Shown: in pieces, positions 10,547-19,945 of the stretch
Layout of the letters: each line of letters begins with the position of its first letter
Numbering within the stretch: position 1 is the first letter of the stretch
Source of the DNA: an uncultured delta proteobacterium
GTDB taxonomy: Bacteria > Desulfobacterota > Binatia > UBA9968
Direction of reading: 5' to 3'
Length of the DNA stretch: 64,000 nt
Assembly: GCA_963745835.1 (NCBI GenBank)
Contig: CAVUZH010000005.1
Coordinates: forward strand, 128,001-192,000
The notes under the pieces: generated by a model
Databases searched by the model: none
The model's input: the letters and a program-made list of their open reading frames with translations, nothing else
What the model was told of the DNA's origin: nothing
Made by a program: the position numbers and the translations under genes

Positions 10547-11020
10547 ATGGCAGCGCGCACCGATCACACAGCTAAGGGGAGACAAGGTTCCAAGATGCCG
10601 GCGCTTGCTCAGGCGCGATCCGCTTCTCAGGAGCAGCAAGAGAAGGAGGCCATTCCGATCTGGGAATGGATTGTCGCCGGAGTTGGTTTGGTGTTGGTGG
10701 CCGGCGTGATCGGCTTTTTGATCTATGAAGCTTTCAGCCGCGATCGGGTGCCGCCCGATGTAAAGCTCTCAGTGGATTCGGTGGTTGAGACCCGAAACGG
10801 CTATCTAGTTAAAATCATCATAATTAATGAAGGCGGCATGACGGCAGAGGGCGTCGACATTGAAGGGGAGCTCAGGAGAGGCACAGAGCCGGTCGAACGA
10901 AGCCGGACAACGATCGATTATCTGCCGCCGCGCTCAGAGAAGAAGGCCGGTCTATTCTTTACGCGAGATCCTCGGCAGCTCGACCTTCAGGTGCGTTCTT
11001 TGGGGTATGAAGAACCTTGA
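10547..11020 (+). CDS. TIGR02588 family protein
   Basis: WEWIVAGVG TM; IDYLPPRSEKKAGLFFTRDP; usual partner of TIGR02587. Confidence 0.85.
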   Translation: MAARTDHTAKGRQGSKMPALAQARSASQEQQEKEAIPIWEWIVAGVGLVLVAGVIGFLIYEAFSRDRVPPDVKLSVDSVVETRNGYLVKIIIINEGGMTAEGVDIEGELRRGTEPVERSRTTIDYLPPRSEKKAGLFFTRDPRQLDLQVRSLGYEEP

Positions 11021-11318
11021 AACCTAGAGCGTGTTTAGCGTTAGTTGCCGCAACCGCACTTATTCGGATTATCAACTGGGTTTAGTTTATTAGACAAGTA
11101 GCCTTGCCGGCCATTGTAATCATGAAGGCGAGCTAAGTGTCGATAGGCGGCTTCTCGATGTGATCTTTGGTCAATTCGGCTCGAATCATATCTTCATCGA
11201 GGCATAATCGCTGTCCGGTAAAAACAGAACTTCCTGAACCTGGGATGAATATCCTAGGGCTAACTGCCGCCGGTGGGCTGTCAGTGCGAGGAGACCAAAA
11301 AAATTGGAAAGAGGCAAA

Positions 11319-12317
11319 ATGGACAAGGCTGAAGTGGTGGTGATTACCGGTGCATCGGCGGGAGTTGGGCGGGCAACGGCGCGCGCCTTCGCCCAACGCG
11401 GAGCAAAAATTGGATTAGTAGCGCGGGGTCGGGATGGCTTGGAAGGCGCGCGCAGGGAGATCGAGAAGGCAGGCGGCAAAGCCTTGGTATTGCCCACCGA
11501 TGTTGCCAGCCCGGAGCAGGTCGAAGCTGCTGCACAAGCCGTGGAAGAAAACTTCGGGCCCATCGATATCTGGATCAACAACGCCATGGTTTCAGTTTTT
11601 TCGCCGATCAAAGAAATGACTCCGGAAGAATTTAAACGGGTCACGGATGTTACTTATCTTGGCGCTGTGCATGGAACTTTATCGGCGCTGCGGCGCATGT
11701 TGCCGCGCGACCGCGGCGTCATCGTCGAAGTCGGTTCCGCTCTGGCATATCGCGGTATCCCGCTGCAGGCTGCCTATTGTGGCGCCAAGCACGCCTTGCA
11801 GGGATTCGTTGATTCTTTGCGCTGCGAACTACTGCACGATCAAAGCCGTGTCCGGGTGACGATGGTTCAGCTGCCGGCGCTCAACACGCCGCAGTTCTCG
11901 TGGGTTAAAAGCCGGCTGCCGCGCAAACCGCAACCAGTGCCGCCGATTTTTCAACCTGAAGTTGCCGCTGATGCGATCGTCTGGGCAGCGCTTCATGATC
12001 GTCCCGAGCTTTACGTCGGCTGGCCGTCGGTGAAAGCCATCGTTGGCAATAAGATTGCGCCGCGCTTGGCCGACTGGTATCTGTCACGGCAGGGCTATGA
12101 AGCGCAACAAACCGACGAGCCGGTCGAATCGGGGCGCGTCGATAATCTATGGCAGCCGGTTGCCGGCGATCATGGTGCGCACGGAGATTTCGACGCCCGC
12201 TCCAGCTCTTCAAGTTGGCAGTTTCAGCTCGCCAAGCATAAGACCAGCTTCGCTTTAGCGGGGCTGACAATTGCCGCCGCTCTGCTGGCGTTTGCTAAAG
12301 GCAGTCGCCGAGCATGA
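11319..12317 (+). CDS. SDR family oxidoreductase
   Basis: TGASAGVG, INNA and YCGAK motifs. Confidence 0.92.
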   Translation: MDKAEVVVITGASAGVGRATARAFAQRGAKIGLVARGRDGLEGARREIEKAGGKALVLPTDVASPEQVEAAAQAVEENFGPIDIWINNAMVSVFSPIKEMTPEEFKRVTDVTYLGAVHGTLSALRRMLPRDRGVIVEVGSALAYRGIPLQAAYCGAKHALQGFVDSLRCELLHDQSRVRVTMVQLPALNTPQFSWVKSRLPRKPQPVPPIFQPEVAADAIVWAALHDRPELYVGWPSVKAIVGNKIAPRLADWYLSRQGYEAQQTDEPVESGRVDNLWQPVAGDHGAHGDFDARSSSSSWQFQLAKHKTSFALAGLTIAAALLAFAKGSRRA

Positions 12318-12357
12318 CTAAGTAGCGAAAACTGCCGCGGACGAATTTGGAGAAATC

Positions 12358-13527
12358 ATGAAACCAGTTTTGCTAATTAGCCTACTTGCTTGTTTCTTGT
12401 TCGCTTGCGAAAAAAAGGAAGCTAAAGCCCCGACGCCGCCAGAGGCCACGCCGCCGGCAGTTGAGGAAAAGAAAACGGTCTCTGCTGAACGACCGCCGCC
12501 TGCCGCCGGACCGGGATCGTACGCCGATGTGGTCGAGCGCGCCGGTCCCGCCGTTGTCACAATTCGCGCCGCCAAACGCGCGCGCGCGCCGCAACAGCAC
12601 CCGTTTTTTAACGATCCGCGATTTCGTGATTTTTTCGGCGGCATTTTTCCTGGAGCCGCCGACACCCCTCCGAGAATCCAGATGGGGTTGGGTTCGGGAG
12701 TCATCGTCTCACCGGACGGCACCATCCTGACAAACCATCACGTCGTCGACGGCGCTCAGGAAATTCAGGTCGAGCTCACCAACCACCGCTTATTTAGTGC
12801 GAAAGTTGTCGGCTCCGATCCGCCGAGTGATCTCGCCGTTTTGAAAGTCGATGGAAAAGATCTGGCTGTGTTGCCCTTAGCTGATTCGGATCGCGTGCGG
12901 GTCGGCGATGTCGCTCTCGCCATCGGCAATCCGCTGGGCGTAGGTCAAACTGTGACGGCGGGGATTATCAGCGCCAAAGGACGCTCCACTGGTCTGAGCG
13001 ACGGCAGTTTCGAAGATTTCTTGCAAACCGATGCGCCGATCAACCAGGGTAATTCGGGTGGGGCACTGATCAACACCCGGGGCGAGTTGGTCGGCATCAA
13101 TTCGCAAATCTTGTCACCCTCAGGCGGCAACATCGGTATCGGCTTTGCCATTCCGTCAAATATGGCCCGCAACGTCTCGGAGCAGTTGATCAAGACCGGA
13201 AAGGTTCGCCGCGGTCAGCTCGGTGTCGCGATTGAGCCGGTGACCCCGGAGTTAGCCTCTAAGCTCGGTATGAAGGAAGTTCGGGGCGTGATGGTCGGTG
13301 CCGTGAGTCCTAACAGCCCAGCGGCACGGGCGGGAATTCGCGAAGGCGACGTCATCTTAGCGTTTAACGGAACGCCGGTGACAGATGGAAATACTCTACG
13401 AAATCGGGTTGCGAGCACGCCACCGGGAAATGCGGTAAAACTCACGACATCGCGGGAGGGTCGCGAGCAAGAGGTGGAGGTCACCCTAGGCGAGTATCAG
13501 CCGGCCACGGCACAACGCCGCAGGTAG
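12358..13527 (+). CDS. Do/DegQ family serine protease, lipoprotein, single PDZ
   Basis: LFAC lipobox; LTNHHVV; NQGNSGGAL. Confidence 0.92.
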   Translation: MKPVLLISLLACFLFACEKKEAKAPTPPEATPPAVEEKKTVSAERPPPAAGPGSYADVVERAGPAVVTIRAAKRARAPQQHPFFNDPRFRDFFGGIFPGAADTPPRIQMGLGSGVIVSPDGTILTNHHVVDGAQEIQVELTNHRLFSAKVVGSDPPSDLAVLKVDGKDLAVLPLADSDRVRVGDVALAIGNPLGVGQTVTAGIISAKGRSTGLSDGSFEDFLQTDAPINQGNSGGALINTRGELVGINSQILSPSGGNIGIGFAIPSNMARNVSEQLIKTGKVRRGQLGVAIEPVTPELASKLGMKEVRGVMVGAVSPNSPAARAGIREGDVILAFNGTPVTDGNTLRNRVASTPPGNAVKLTTSREGREQEVEVTLGEYQPATAQRRR

Positions 13528-13680
13528 TTGTTTCTGCACGCGTTGAAAAAAGTTTGTGCGGCGCGCAGCCCGGATTGTGCCGCCAAGATTTGAGTACGGA
13601 TGTTTGAAGTGGTCTCTGATAACGAGTTGAGTTGTGCTTGTTGTCGGCTGGATTCGAAGGCCAGAAGTCGTCTTACCGAT

Positions 13681-14049
13681 TCAAGCGTTAAGAAGAGCCT
13701 TCAATTGAGAAGTGTCCACCGGCTTGCGAAGGAAATGGTGGAATTCGGATCCGGTTTGTTTTTGCCGGGCGGTCTCTTCTTCGAACCCGGTAAGGGCGAT
13801 AAACTTCGTCGTCTGCAGTTCCTTAAATTGTTTGAGTCGATTCAGTAGCTCATAACCGCCGATATCCGGAAGTCCAATATCGAGGATGATGATGTCAGGC
13901 GAAAACTCACCGGCGACTTCTATGGCTGTGCGACCATTGAAAGCCGTTCGAACCTTGTAGCCGGACATCTCCAGCAAGATCGCCGTCGACTTACAGGCCA
14001 CCTGTTGATCGTCGACTAAGAGGACCTTACGGATGGCTGTGTCTTTCAT
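13681..14049 (-). CDS. Single-domain response regulator
   Basis: LLVDD, ILDIGLPD, LTG and KP receiver motifs. Confidence 0.9.
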   Translation of the reverse strand: MKDTAIRKVLLVDDQQVACKSTAILLEMSGYKVRTAFNGRTAIEVAGEFSPDIIILDIGLPDIGGYELLNRLKQFKELQTTKFIALTGFEEETARQKQTGSEFHHFLRKPVDTSQLKALLNA

Positions 14050-14251
14050 ACATTTGGCCTTCCCTACCCGTGCTGTTCATCACGGATTCGAATGGTTCCT
14101 GAAACAACCTTCCTGTCGAATGTAATTTGTGTCCTGATTTTCGGATTGCAAGTCCCATTCGTAGCTTTTTTTAAACAGTTATACTACGCGCTCACAACGC
14201 TATCAGGTGAATTTGGCCTTAACCATGCGCTCTGAAAAAAAAGGAATTCAG

Positions 14252-14267
14252 TGGCATACGCCTTGCT
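14252..14267 (+). promoter_or_regulatory. Candidate sigma54 promoter for SRPBCC gene
   Basis: TGGCATACGCCTTGCT, near-consensus TGGCAC-N5-TTGC. Confidence 0.65.
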
Positions 14268-14338
14268 CAAATTTTGGCCCATCAGGTATGAGCCTGAGCG
14301 TCGTGCTTGGCTTAGCTTTAGCTATGAGGAGAACCACA

Positions 14339-15118
14339 ATGACAACCGATACCGAAGAGTACAACCACTACTCGTCCGCAGCTCTTGATCAGGATCGGCG
14401 GGGCGCCAGATCTCAGAACATAAGTGAAACCGAGCGTTGGGTGTCGCTCGTCATCGGTGGCGGGCTCCTAGCCCTCGGACTAAAGCAGGGAATTCGCGAA
14501 CGTCTGATGCTTGCCGTCACTGGCGGTGCATTACTCTACCGCGGCGCAACAGGGCAGTGTCCACTGTATAAAGTTGCTGGAATCGATACCTCGACAAGTC
14601 GTCCGCGCCATGGCGTCAGCGTACCGCACGGACGCGGCGTGAAGGTCGAGAATGCCGTTCTCATCAACAAATCACCGGAGGAGTTGTATCGCTTCTGGCG
14701 CCAATTCGAGAACCTACCGAGATTTATGGATAATCTGGTTTCCGTAAAAACCGAAGATGGCCAGCGCTCCCACTGGGTTGTCAAGGCGATTGGTAACGCA
14801 GAGATCTCCTGGGATGCGGAGATTGTTAACGACGTACCCAATGAGCTAATCGCCTGGCGTACAGTGGAAAATTCTGACGTTGATCACGCCGGTTCGGTTC
14901 GCTTCGAAGGGACCGAGCGGGGCACCAGAGTCAAAGTGACCATGGAATACCGGCCACCCGCAGGCAAGGTAGGAGTGGGTCTGGCAAAACTCTTTGGTCA
15001 AGAACCGCGGCAGATGATTGAAAGCGATCTGCGACGCTTCAAACAGCTGGTGGAATCAGGTGAAGTGGTGTCCGTTGAAGGACAGTCTCACGGTGGGAGC
15101 GTCGATCGCAGCATATAG
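14339..15118 (+). CDS. SRPBCC/polyketide cyclase family protein with N-terminal DUF2892-like segment
   Basis: NISETERWVS...GATGQCPLY; LYRFWRQFENLPRFM; DLRRFKQ; GAGGAG RBS. Confidence 0.88.
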   Translation: MTTDTEEYNHYSSAALDQDRRGARSQNISETERWVSLVIGGGLLALGLKQGIRERLMLAVTGGALLYRGATGQCPLYKVAGIDTSTSRPRHGVSVPHGRGVKVENAVLINKSPEELYRFWRQFENLPRFMDNLVSVKTEDGQRSHWVVKAIGNAEISWDAEIVNDVPNELIAWRTVENSDVDHAGSVRFEGTERGTRVKVTMEYRPPAGKVGVGLAKLFGQEPRQMIESDLRRFKQLVESGEVVSVEGQSHGGSVDRSI

Positions 15119-15273
15119 ATCGACCTGTAAACGGCTGCGTCAAGCCGACTAGCAGATCCTTTAATGCGCCATCGCCGCTGAGGGCGGCAAATGTAACCGC
15201 GAGTAAGGTTCCAGAGGAACAGATTAGCGAGCGGTGACCGCCATCAAACATTCGTTGAGCGATCATCTTGTTT

Positions 15274-15521
15274 TAATCCCGAATTCCGCAGTTCAGGGTG
15301 AGACAGCGATCAAGGGACGAACCCTCCGGAACGAAGGCAATAGGTCTGTGGCTGATAGTGGCCTGCAAGCTCCAGTCCTTAGCGGACGCTTGAGAAATTG
15401 CCAGCCCAGGGCCAAGCACCATAGACGGCATTGAAATTATTCGCCTCTGTGCCTTCGCTCCTCCGTGCTCGCCCCTTGATCACTCTGCAGGGATCCATCT
15501 CGACTGCGGAATCCGGGTTAA
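15274..15521. mobile_element. MITE family A, copy 1 (about 250 bp)
   Basis: Inverted ends aatcccgaattccgcag / ctgcggaatccgggtt; homologous to 50041-50280. Confidence 0.7.
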
Positions 15522-15562
15522 TTCTTGCGCTTCGTAACTAGCGCGTGATCACGAATCTCTTC

Positions 15563-15716
15563 AGCCAGGTGCTGAAAAAAGCCTTTTGCAGGCTGCTCAA
15601 AAAGATCCAGGTGCGAGGCGCGCGAAAATCGACGAGCGGAGGCATACTTACAGTACGTTGCAGCGAGGCGATTGAGCGTCAACGAAGCATATGGGTCTTT
15701 TTCAACAGCCTGCTAG
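15563..15716. mobile_element. MITE family B, copy 1 (about 150 bp)
   Basis: End tttttcaacagcctgctag; inverted homolog at 43230-43383. Confidence 0.7.
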
Positions 15717-17137
15717 GCACTGGCGTTTGCAGGGCGGCGCGTGTGCCAATCGGTCCCGTTCTGGAATGCCAACGCTAGGTTCAGAACGGTTTGATCAGCG
15801 AACCAACTGCCGATCAGTTGCATGCCGATCGGCAAGCCCTCGATATTAATGCCGCAGGGAATTGAGCAGCCCGGCAAGCCGAGCATGCTCGGAAAGCGCA
15901 GAAGATTGGAATGATTGTAGCTGGCGTGGCGCGTGTCGTCGCCGTTGCCTTTTACGCCGTCCGCTATCAGCGGCGCGGCCCTGGCCGTGGTCGGCGAGGC
16001 GATGATAGCCACCTGCTCGTAAGCCGTTCGCAGCGCTTCACGAATTCGCTGCCGGGCACGCTGTACCGTGAGATACTCGGAGGCGGTGATGGTCATTCCC
16101 ACGGCGATGCCGCGGCTCACGTGCGGCACAAAGTCCTGATGCCGCTCGCGAAACCAGCGTCGGTTAATCCCGGCGCTCTCGGCCGAGCTGGTCATCATCG
16201 AGGTCATCGCCGCGTAGCTTACCTCAGGAACGTTCAACTCGACGATCTCGCATCCTGCGCCGGCAAAGACTTCAAGTCCTGTGTCGAATGCCTGCCTCAC
16301 TTCATGATTGACGCCTTCGAGAAAACGCCGGAGGATGCCGATTCTAAGTTGCTTGACGTTGGCGTCGAGCCGCGCCGTATATGCGGCGGTATCTTGGTGA
16401 ACGCTGGCCGGATCACGCGCATCGAAACCGGCCACCGGATCCAGACCCAGCGTAATATCCTTTACTGAACGCGCGAACAGGCCAACGTGATCCTGGCTCC
16501 AGGCGCCGCGAAACGAACCGGTCCGGCTAATGATGCCGAAGGTCGGCTTGAAACCGACGATGCCGCAGTACGATGCCGGTCGGCGCACTGACGAGCCGGT
16601 CTCGGTGCCGTAGGAGAGCGGGCCGATGCCGGCCGCAACAGCAGCTGCCGAGCCGCCGCTGGATCCGCCGGCAATATGCTCGATGTTCCAGGGATTATGA
16701 ACCGGCCCGAAATGGGATAACGTCGATGTCCCGCCGTGGCCGAACTCGTCCAGGTTTGTTTTTCCGATGATGATCGCTCCGGCTGCGCGCAGGCGCTCTA
16801 CCACAGCTGAGTCCGTTTCGGGAACCCAATCAGCCAAGATTTTCGAACCTGCAGTCGTGCGCACGCGCGCCGTCGCAAATAAGTCTTTGATCGTCACCGG
16901 TACCCCATGAAGAGGACCTCGATAGCCCCCGCGAGCGATTTCCTCATCGGCTTTCTTCGCTTCGGCAATGGCCTGCTCGCCGGGGACGGTGATAAAGGCA
17001 TTGAGCTTGCTCTCCAATCGCTCCAAGCGGTTCAGAGCCGCATTGACTGCTTCCGACGATGACAGCTCGCGAGTCGCAAGAAGCTCGGAAAGTTCGGTCA
17101 GATTCAATTCGCAAATATCAGCGACAGGCATCATCAA
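15713..17137 (-). CDS. Amidase signature family protein
   Basis: HGVPVTIKD, GGSSGGS and GTETGSSVRRPA motifs. Confidence 0.92.
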   Translation of the reverse strand: MMMPVADICELNLTELSELLATRELSSSEAVNAALNRLERLESKLNAFITVPGEQAIAEAKKADEEIARGGYRGPLHGVPVTIKDLFATARVRTTAGSKILADWVPETDSAVVERLRAAGAIIIGKTNLDEFGHGGTSTLSHFGPVHNPWNIEHIAGGSSGGSAAAVAAGIGPLSYGTETGSSVRRPASYCGIVGFKPTFGIISRTGSFRGAWSQDHVGLFARSVKDITLGLDPVAGFDARDPASVHQDTAAYTARLDANVKQLRIGILRRFLEGVNHEVRQAFDTGLEVFAGAGCEIVELNVPEVSYAAMTSMMTSSAESAGINRRWFRERHQDFVPHVSRGIAVGMTITASEYLTVQRARQRIREALRTAYEQVAIIASPTTARAAPLIADGVKGNGDDTRHASYNHSNLLRFPSMLGLPGCSIPCGINIEGLPIGMQLIGSWFADQTVLNLALAFQNGTDWHTRRPANASA

Positions 17138-17322
17138 GCCTTACTCGTGGTTGGTTGAAGTTGCTGCGAAACCCATGGAGTGCCTTGAGCGAACTCTTCC
17201 AGCTCGGCGACGATTCTGTCGAGATCCTCGATTTCGGCGGCGATTGCATCCAGGTAGACTTGAGAAAGATCCACGCCGGCGAGAAGCGCCAAACGATGGG
17301 CGATTTTTTCTGTGGTTTTCAT
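17134..17322 (-). CDS. Small GatC/AtzG-like amidase partner protein (62 aa)
   Basis: ATGA-coupled to amidase; LALLAGVDL followed by acidic helix. Confidence 0.6.
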   Translation of the reverse strand: MKTTEKIAHRLALLAGVDLSQVYLDAIAAEIEDLDRIVAELEEFAQGTPWVSQQLQPTTSKA

Positions 17323-17433
17323 GTCCTAGTCATTTTCGGTTTGCTAAAACAGCGCGGTAGAGCATCATCTCACTTATCTAGCCACGAGGCACGAAGAGCA
17401 CGAAGTAAACTCACCAATCCGTTATCCTTCGTG

Positions 17434-17653
17434 AACTTCGCATGCTCCTTCGAAATCGCGGCTGAGGTGAAGAGATGCGAGTCCACAAGACCGTCACCCC
17501 GGATGTTTTAATCGGGGGTCCAGTCCGAATTCCGCCTGGATTCCCGCTACAAGCATGCGGGAATGACAGGCTCGTCCGAGAATTAGCGACTTGAAGGACG
17601 TACTTCATTGTCATTTTCTGTGGGCGAGCGGAAGATCATGAATCCACTTCGTG
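17434..17653 (+). repeat. About 220-bp dispersed repeat C, copy 1, containing ATTCCCGC...GCGGGAATGAC palindrome
   Basis: Highly similar to 19671-19890 in the same orientation. Confidence 0.85.
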
Positions 17654-17701
17654 ATGAAACTTTTCCCGTTCTCTTATAGGAAGGCGGTCTGCCGAAATCG
17701 G

Positions 17702-19552
17702 CTATTTCTTTCCGACAGCCGCACGCTGATCCGGTCCGGCATCGGCATAGCCCGGCTGTACCAACGAATCGATGAAATAGCGCCCGCCGTTGGCGACGAT
17801 CTCAGCGCCGCGCTTTAGCGCTGCTGACAGAGCCTCCGGCGTCGATACCGGCTCTTCGCTTTCGAAGCCTTGCGCCCGCGCCATCGCCACCAAGTCCACT
17901 CGAGGGTTATCGATGCGCTGGCCGATCCAGCGATTTTGCGGCGGCCGGTCGCGCATCTGCGCAACCCGCTCCTGATGCATTTCGTCGTTGTAGTATGACC
18001 GGTTATCGGCGGCCACGATCATCACCGGAATCTCGAAATGGGAAGCAGTCCAAAGCGCGTTGACTCCCATGAGATAGTCGCCATCGCCGATCACACCGAC
18101 GGTGATGCGATCACTATCTTTGAGCGCCAGCGCCGCGCCGATGGTGTGCCCGGGTCCGGTACCGACGGCGCCACCGCCGTCATTCCCCATAAACGACAAG
18201 GGCCCGTCAAACTCGTAAGCTTCGCCGGGCCAGCCGATCGGCAGGCGCGCGAAGGTCACCGGTTTTCCTTTGGCGAATTCCCGGACAGTCATTGCCATGT
18301 CCCATAACGTCATTGGCTGCCCCGGCGCCGGTGAAGATTTTGATAAACTTGCATCGTTCCAGTGCGAGATCTCTTTCATCTCCGATCGGGGTTTGGCTTT
18401 GGGAGTTTTATTGGCGTCGAGGTCCTCGAGCATCTGCGCGACGAACTGATCGGGCTCTGCGAAAATTGGAATATCGACGGCTGCCAACGCCTGATGATCC
18501 ATGCTCCAACCATTGGTGCGAACGCTATCGAGAGAAACATGGATGATTGTTTTGTCGCTGGGAACCTGGGTTTGCGCATTGCCAAGGCTAAGACGAAACA
18601 CGCCGGCGAGATCGAGCCAATCCAAACTGATAATCAGGTCTGCCTTTTCAATGAGAGCGGTAGCGTCTTTGCTCGGGCGCAGGCACGGCGCGGCCAAGTG
18701 CAGCGGATGAGTAGTCGGAAAAGACGCCGGGTCGTTGCTGCTGGTCAGTACGGCGGCGCCAATCGTCTCGGCAAAGCGCACCCGGTTATCCCAGTCGGCT
18801 TGCTTGCGTGAAACCCGGCCCATGAGAATCAGCGGAAACTTTGCCTGCTTGATCGCCGTCAAGGCCTTCTGCAGGGATTCTTTGGGGACCGCGGGGCTCG
18901 GCGGGGCGGTGAACCGCGCCGCATCGGGAACCGCAAGCTCCTCGGTGAGCGGCGCCTCCTGCAGCCCGGCATCGAGACAAATGTAGACCGGGCCATAGGG
19001 TGGGGTCCGCGTTATCTGGTTCGCCCTTAGTACCGATTCCACAGCCGCCTGCGGTGAGGCCGGTTGATCATCCCATTTAGTATAGTCGCGAATGATCGAT
19101 GCTTGATCCTTGGCGGTGTGAATCCAGTCGATCCAGGGCCGGCGCCGATGGGCGTCCACGGGACCGGTGGCGCCGAAGATGATCATCGGCGTACGGTCGC
19201 ACCACGCGTTGAAGATCGGCATCGCCGCATGCATCAGCCCGACATTGGCGTGCAGCGCCACGGCCATTGGCTCCTCAGTGACTTTGCCGTACCCGTCGGC
19301 AATCGAAACGGCATGCTCCTCGTGCAGGCAAATGACCATCTGCGGATTGCTGTTGCCGAGATAGTTCACGATGCTGTCGTGGAATCCGCGATAGCTGGCG
19401 CCGGGAACCAGCGCAATATATTTCAGGTTCAACCTGCGCGTGACCTCAGCGACGACGTCGCTGCCCCACTTCATCTGCGGTTTGCCGAGATTCTCCGGCC
19501 GGTCGATGCCGGAGTCTTTGGATTGCCGAGTTTTGGTCGTTTCTGACTTCAC
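17702..19552 (-). CDS. Thiamine pyrophosphate-dependent enzyme (acetolactate synthase/benzoylformate decarboxylase superfamily)
   Basis: CLHEEHAV; TPP motif GDGD...DNRSYYND. Confidence 0.9.
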   Translation of the reverse strand: MKSETTKTRQSKDSGIDRPENLGKPQMKWGSDVVAEVTRRLNLKYIALVPGASYRGFHDSIVNYLGNSNPQMVICLHEEHAVSIADGYGKVTEEPMAVALHANVGLMHAAMPIFNAWCDRTPMIIFGATGPVDAHRRRPWIDWIHTAKDQASIIRDYTKWDDQPASPQAAVESVLRANQITRTPPYGPVYICLDAGLQEAPLTEELAVPDAARFTAPPSPAVPKESLQKALTAIKQAKFPLILMGRVSRKQADWDNRVRFAETIGAAVLTSSNDPASFPTTHPLHLAAPCLRPSKDATALIEKADLIISLDWLDLAGVFRLSLGNAQTQVPSDKTIIHVSLDSVRTNGWSMDHQALAAVDIPIFAEPDQFVAQMLEDLDANKTPKAKPRSEMKEISHWNDASLSKSSPAPGQPMTLWDMAMTVREFAKGKPVTFARLPIGWPGEAYEFDGPLSFMGNDGGGAVGTGPGHTIGAALALKDSDRITVGVIGDGDYLMGVNALWTASHFEIPVMIVAADNRSYYNDEMHQERVAQMRDRPPQNRWIGQRIDNPRVDLVAMARAQGFESEEPVSTPEALSAALKRGAEIVANGGRYFIDSLVQPGYADAGPDQRAAVGKK

Positions 19553-19670
19553 TGGATTCGTCTCCTTGTGGATTAAGCGAGCTTCTTGAAGTTGGTAATT
19601 AAATCTATGCTCTAAATGAATTTCTCACCACCAAGAATACGAAGCCACAAAGTTAAGACTTTATTATTTT

Positions 19671-19890
19671 AACTTCGTGATCTCCTTCGAAAATTGCGGC
19701 TGAGGTGAAGAGATGCGACTCCCCAAGATCGTCACCCCCGAATGTTTTAATCGGGGGTCCAGTCCGAATTCCGCCTGGATTCCCGCTAGAAGCATGCGGG
19801 AATGACAGACTCGTCCGAGAATTAGCGGCTTGAAGGACGTACTCCATTTTATTCTCTGTGGGCGGGTGTAAGCTCATGACACACTTCGTG
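19671..19890 (+). repeat. About 220-bp dispersed repeat C, copy 2
   Basis: Direct repeat of 17434-17653. Confidence 0.85.
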
Positions 19891-19945
19891 GCCTGGTGGT
19901 AAATATCTCGTCACGGTTAGGTGAGGGGCCGAGGTTGTCAAATCA

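Noticed and set aside
15713-17137. gatA of Glu-tRNA amidotransferase
   Set aside because: No gatB adjacent and the signature motif diverges; called a generic amidase.
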